64,000 nucleotides of DNA from Candidatus Omnitrophota bacterium (GTDB taxonomy: Bacteria > Omnitrophota > Gorgyraeia > Duberdicusellales > 4484-171): positions 66,324 to 130,323 of the forward strand of contig JAAEQW010000120.1 in assembly GCA_024231025.1 (NCBI GenBank), read 5' to 3'. A program made the translations under genes and the position numbers. Every line of letters starts with the position of its first letter. Position 1 is the stretch's first letter. Positions 60,281-64,000 of this stretch are shown here, one piece after another. The notes beneath the pieces are model-generated. The model was not told the DNA's origin, made no database searches, and worked only from the letters and a program-made list of their open reading frames with translations.

Positions 60281-61664
60281 AAATCATCTTAGTTCCAAGA
60301 GCAACTAATGACTTCGCTTCTTTTTGGCTTTTGCTCTCAGCGTAAACCCGCACAATCGGCTCAGTTCCTGATTTTCTAAACATCAGCCAAGTATCTTTAG
60401 TGATCAATTTAATTCCATCTAATTTATTTACTCTTTCAACTTTTTTACCCATTAAAATTTTGGGAAGTTTTAGGTCGTTCAAGCTCTTTCGTACACTTTT
60501 CACAGGGATAGCGCTTCGCCAATAATGCCAATGGCCATATTTTTGATAAAAATTATTTAATAAGATAGCAAATTTTTTCTTCTCCATGATTAGCATTTCA
60601 AGAACAAGCAAAAATGAAATTGACCCATCTCTTTCAGGAATATAGCCTTTAAATCCAATGCCACCGGCCTCTTCCCCACCAACACAAATTAAATTTTGCT
60701 TAAAAAGATTTGATAGATATTTAAAACCAACTGGTGTTTCATAGCACGCAACGCCTAAATCTAACGCTACCTTATCGATTACATTACTGCCAACAACTGT
60801 TTTGCCAACACCACCTTTTTCCTTGCGATTTTTAACCATATGCAGTGCAAGCAATGGCACAATCACCTGGGCATTAATAAAATTACCCTTTCCATCCACT
60901 AATGCAATTCTATCGGCATCACCATCTAGGGCAACACCAAAATCATATTTACCTTTTTTAACGCTTTTAATCAACTTTTGTAAATTGCTTGCAACCGGCT
61001 CAGGATGAATACCCCCGAATGAAGGATTAATTTCGTTATTTAAATAATCAAACTTAATTTTACTTTTGCCAATAATTTGCTCAACAAAATTATCACCCAC
61101 GCCATACATATTGTCGACTAGTACTTTTAATTTCAATTTTTTTATCGCCTTAACATCAACAAATCCTTTCAAAAATTTAACATATATTTCGGTAAGATCG
61201 GCTAATACCAATAACCCCTTCTTTTTAGCTTCGTCTTGCTCGATTTTTCGCACTTTACTCTTGTGTAAAAGCTTTTCAACTGCATCAGTTACATCCTTAT
61301 CTGCGGCTCCGCCATCGGAAGTTTTTATTTTTAATCCATTAAAAGCCGCCGGATTATGTGAAGCAGTAATCATAACCCCAAGATCATATTTTTTGTAACG
61401 AGCATGAAAGCTTACTGCCGGAGTTGGAATATCGCGATTAGATAAAACTACTTTTATTTTGTTTGCGGCCAACACCCTCGATACAGTCATCGCAAACTCT
61501 TTTGAAAGAAAACGACGATCATATCCGATTACAACTTTTTTATTTTTTTTCTTAACCGTCTTTTTTAAATAATCGGCAATAGCTTGTGAAAGAATTTCTA
61601 AATTTTCGAAAGTGTAATCTTTTGCTATAATTGCTCGCCATCCGTCTGTTCCAAACTTAATCAT
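60270..61664 (-). CDS. Phosphoglucomutase/phosphomannomutase
   Basis: FGTDGWR, TASHNP, DGDADR, RKSGTEP. Confidence 0.93.
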   Translation of the reverse strand: MIKFGTDGWRAIIAKDYTFENLEILSQAIADYLKKTVKKKNKKVVIGYDRRFLSKEFAMTVSRVLAANKIKVVLSNRDIPTPAVSFHARYKKYDLGVMITASHNPAAFNGLKIKTSDGGAADKDVTDAVEKLLHKSKVRKIEQDEAKKKGLLVLADLTEIYVKFLKGFVDVKAIKKLKLKVLVDNMYGVGDNFVEQIIGKSKIKFDYLNNEINPSFGGIHPEPVASNLQKLIKSVKKGKYDFGVALDGDADRIALVDGKGNFINAQVIVPLLALHMVKNRKEKGGVGKTVVGSNVIDKVALDLGVACYETPVGFKYLSNLFKQNLICVGGEEAGGIGFKGYIPERDGSISFLLVLEMLIMEKKKFAILLNNFYQKYGHWHYWRSAIPVKSVRKSLNDLKLPKILMGKKVERVNKLDGIKLITKDTWLMFRKSGTEPIVRVYAESKSQKEAKSLVALGTKMIYAL

Positions 61665-61677
61665 CGTAGCTCCTTTT

Positions 61678-62238
61678 TTAAGTGTAGAAATTATGCCTCT
61701 TTATATATTGCTCGACTTCTTCGCACACCAGATATCTTATTGAATCTCCATTAGCAACCATATTTCTTATTTTAGAAGATGAAACATCAATTTGAACAAT
61801 ATCAGCAACAATAAATTTTTCATCTTCGACCAATGGATTTGGCCGCCTAATCGCAACTATGATTTTGATTTCTTCTTTTAATTCTTTATAATATTTCCAA
61901 GTCGAAAACTGATTTGCTAAATCAGAACCAACAATAAGAAAAAAATCATCATCCGGATAATCATTTCGCAATTCTCTTACTGTGTCTACCGTATAGGAAA
62001 CTCCTCCTCGATTTATTTCCAAATCCTTGACTTCAAAACAAACGTCTTTTTGCAATGCCACATTGAGCATTGCTAAGCGATGATCGGCACTAACCCCGGC
62101 ATTATCTTTGTGCGGAGGAATATTGGTTGGAATAAAAAATATCTTATCCAATCCAAATTTTTGACGGACTTCTTCGGCGATAATAAAATGACCGATATGT
62201 GGTGGATTAAAAGTTCCGCCGAGTATTCCAATTTTCAC
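61678..62238 (-). CDS. nadD: Nicotinate-nucleotide adenylyltransferase
   Basis: GGTFNPPHIGH, PPHK, SYTVDT, SSSKIR. Confidence 0.95.
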   Translation of the reverse strand: MKIGILGGTFNPPHIGHFIIAEEVRQKFGLDKIFFIPTNIPPHKDNAGVSADHRLAMLNVALQKDVCFEVKDLEINRGGVSYTVDTVRELRNDYPDDDFFLIVGSDLANQFSTWKYYKELKEEIKIIVAIRRPNPLVEDEKFIVADIVQIDVSSSKIRNMVANGDSIRYLVCEEVEQYIKRHNFYT

Positions 62239-62281
62239 CAGCTACAATCTCCCTTGCCACGTTTGCGCCTACATCACGTGG

Positions 62282-63529
62282 TTATTCTCTAATTTGCCCA
62301 GCTCCGGTTACAACATATTTATAGGTCGTTAAGTCTTCTACTCCCATTGGGCCACGAGCATGCAATTTATCAGTTGAAATTCCAATCTCAGCACCTAAGC
62401 CAAATTGATGCCCATCACTAAAACGCGTCGATATATTTACAAAACAACAGGCAGAGTCAACTTCTCTGGCAAACTTAGCGGCCATTGCTTTATTTTTTGT
62501 AATAATTGTTTCGGTATGATGCGAGCCATAATTGTTAATATGCTCGATTGCCTGATTAATGTCTTCAACAATTTTTACTGAAACAATAAGAGCAAGATAT
62601 TCGGTGCTCCAATCTTTCTGGGTTGCCTTTTTAATTCCTTTTAAAATCTTTGCAGTCTTAGCGCAACCCCTTATTTCAACTCCTAAAGAATCGAATTCTT
62701 TCTTTAGCCTAGGTAAAAATTTCTTTGCTTGAACTTGATGCACCAAAATTGTCTCGACCGCATTGCACACTGAAGGGCGCTGGCACTTTCCATTAACGCA
62801 AATTCTCATCGCCTGACGTTTGCATCCGGTTGCATCAACATAAACATGACAAATTCCCTTGTAGTGCTTGATCACAGGAATAGTAGATTCTTTAACCACT
62901 TTCTGTATTAAAGCTTCTCCACCGCGGGGGATAACCATATCGATATTTTCATTTTCTTTTAATAAGGCGTCAACTATTTTGTGGTCAGTTTTTTCGACTA
63001 TAAAAAAAGGATCAAAATTAATACCGCAATCATAAACTACTTTTTTCAATATCTTTGCTATCGCAAGATTTGAACGAAGCGAAGCCTTACCGCCTCGTAA
63101 AATACCAACATTAGATGATTTAAAAAGCAGGCCAACGCAATCGCTGGTAACATTAGGTCTGGCCTCATAAACGATCATTACAACGCCAATTGATGCTCTC
63201 ACTTTTGAAATTGAAAGCCCATTAGGACGCTTCCATTTTTTTATTAAACTACCTACTGGATCAGCGAAATTGGCAATCTCGCTTAAAGATGCGCTCATCT
63301 CTTTTAAACGTTTTTCATTTAAAGTAAGGCGGTCAATAAAACTCTTTGCAACATTAGCTTTGCTTGCATTCGCAACGTCTTTTTTGTTCTCAGATAAAAT
63401 AAACTTCTTATTATCTAGAATAGCCTTGGCCATTTTAGACAACACGCGCGTCTTAGTTTTTGAATCCAGTAAACTCAACTTATAGCTGGCACGTCTTGCT
63501 TTTTTCGTTAAATCTTTTACATACTTCAT
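62282..63529 (-). CDS. proA: Glutamate-5-semialdehyde dehydrogenase
   Basis: YEARPNVT, IPRGG, CNAVET, STRFSDG, KLHARGPMG. Confidence 0.96.
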   Translation of the reverse strand: MKYVKDLTKKARRASYKLSLLDSKTKTRVLSKMAKAILDNKKFILSENKKDVANASKANVAKSFIDRLTLNEKRLKEMSASLSEIANFADPVGSLIKKWKRPNGLSISKVRASIGVVMIVYEARPNVTSDCVGLLFKSSNVGILRGGKASLRSNLAIAKILKKVVYDCGINFDPFFIVEKTDHKIVDALLKENENIDMVIPRGGEALIQKVVKESTIPVIKHYKGICHVYVDATGCKRQAMRICVNGKCQRPSVCNAVETILVHQVQAKKFLPRLKKEFDSLGVEIRGCAKTAKILKGIKKATQKDWSTEYLALIVSVKIVEDINQAIEHINNYGSHHTETIITKNKAMAAKFAREVDSACCFVNISTRFSDGHQFGLGAEIGISTDKLHARGPMGVEDLTTYKYVVTGAGQIRE

Positions 63530-63999
63530 TTCGCACCTTTTTTAGAATATCGATAAGGCGTATAACACAAACCTTGAGCAGACTTTATGAAATTATTTCT
63601 ATGCACTACTTCCTTTTCCAATCTTTTTTTAGGCTTTATATCTTTCGAATCATAGTTAACCAACCCACACCCTAATACTTGCCCGCTGCAAGATACGATT
63701 GCTACTGCGTCACCGCGCTTAAAATCAACGCTAACCTTAACTATTCCTACTCCTAATAAACTTTTACCTTTGTTGAGCAGAGCTTCTTTTGCTCCGTCAT
63801 CAATGGTAATCGTCCCCTTGATTTGCTTACTAAAAATCCACCGTTTACGCGCTTTTGCTTTTTCCTTTGAGCAAGCAAAAAGAGTGCCAACATCTTCCCC
63901 TTTTATTATCTTTGTCAAAACATTCTTCGCTCTACCGTTAACAATGCGCGTCTTTATCCCCGAATGACAAGCACTGGTTGCCGCTTCAAGCTTGGTTTC
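63526..63999 (-). CDS. proB: Glutamate 5-kinase, C-terminal part with PUA domain (partial)
   Basis: Frame is open to the window edge (ETKLEAA...); GTLF, RKRWI, DDGA, HRNN; precedes proA. Confidence 0.92.
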   Translation of the reverse strand, partial: ETKLEAATSACHSGIKTRIVNGRAKNVLTKIIKGEDVGTLFACSKEKAKARKRWIFSKQIKGTITIDDGAKEALLNKGKSLLGVGIVKVSVDFKRGDAVAIVSCSGQVLGCGLVNYDSKDIKPKKRLEKEVVHRNNFIKSAQGLCYTPYRYSKKGAK

Positions 64000-64000
64000 C

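Overview
AT-rich bacterial chromosome segment in which every credible gene lies on the minus strand. The organism is a diderm (it has LptD). Gene order and style suggest a PVC-superphylum or Omnitrophota-like organism, but that is an inference. 1-27.5 kb is a surface-polysaccharide locus. It holds a complete pseudaminic-acid-type pathway (PseB/C/H/G/I plus an SpsF-type cytidylyltransferase) interleaved with an unusually rich set of tailoring enzymes: B12 radical SAM, class III aminotransferase, ATP-grasp, deacetylase, formyltransferase, phosphoesterase and two methyltransferases. It also has Wzx, Wzz, a MarR-EPS regulator and nucleotide-sugar genes. 27.5-64 kb is housekeeping: lptD, ROK, riboflavin synthase, rsfS, trpGDCFBA, murA-prmC-prfA-rpmE-rho, coaE, glgA, polA, secG-tpiA-pgk-gap, tyrS, rpsA, plsC, PGM, nadD, proA/B. 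The most notable signal is a family of ~50-bp heptamer-periodic inverted-repeat elements sitting at gene junctions of core operons. One copy carries a four-helix-bundle (23S-IVP/Avd-like) gene, several are empty, and some have nested REP-like hairpins. There is also a 44-aa Lys-rich histone-H1/Hc2-like gene missed by the ORF track. Identity counts were made by eye.
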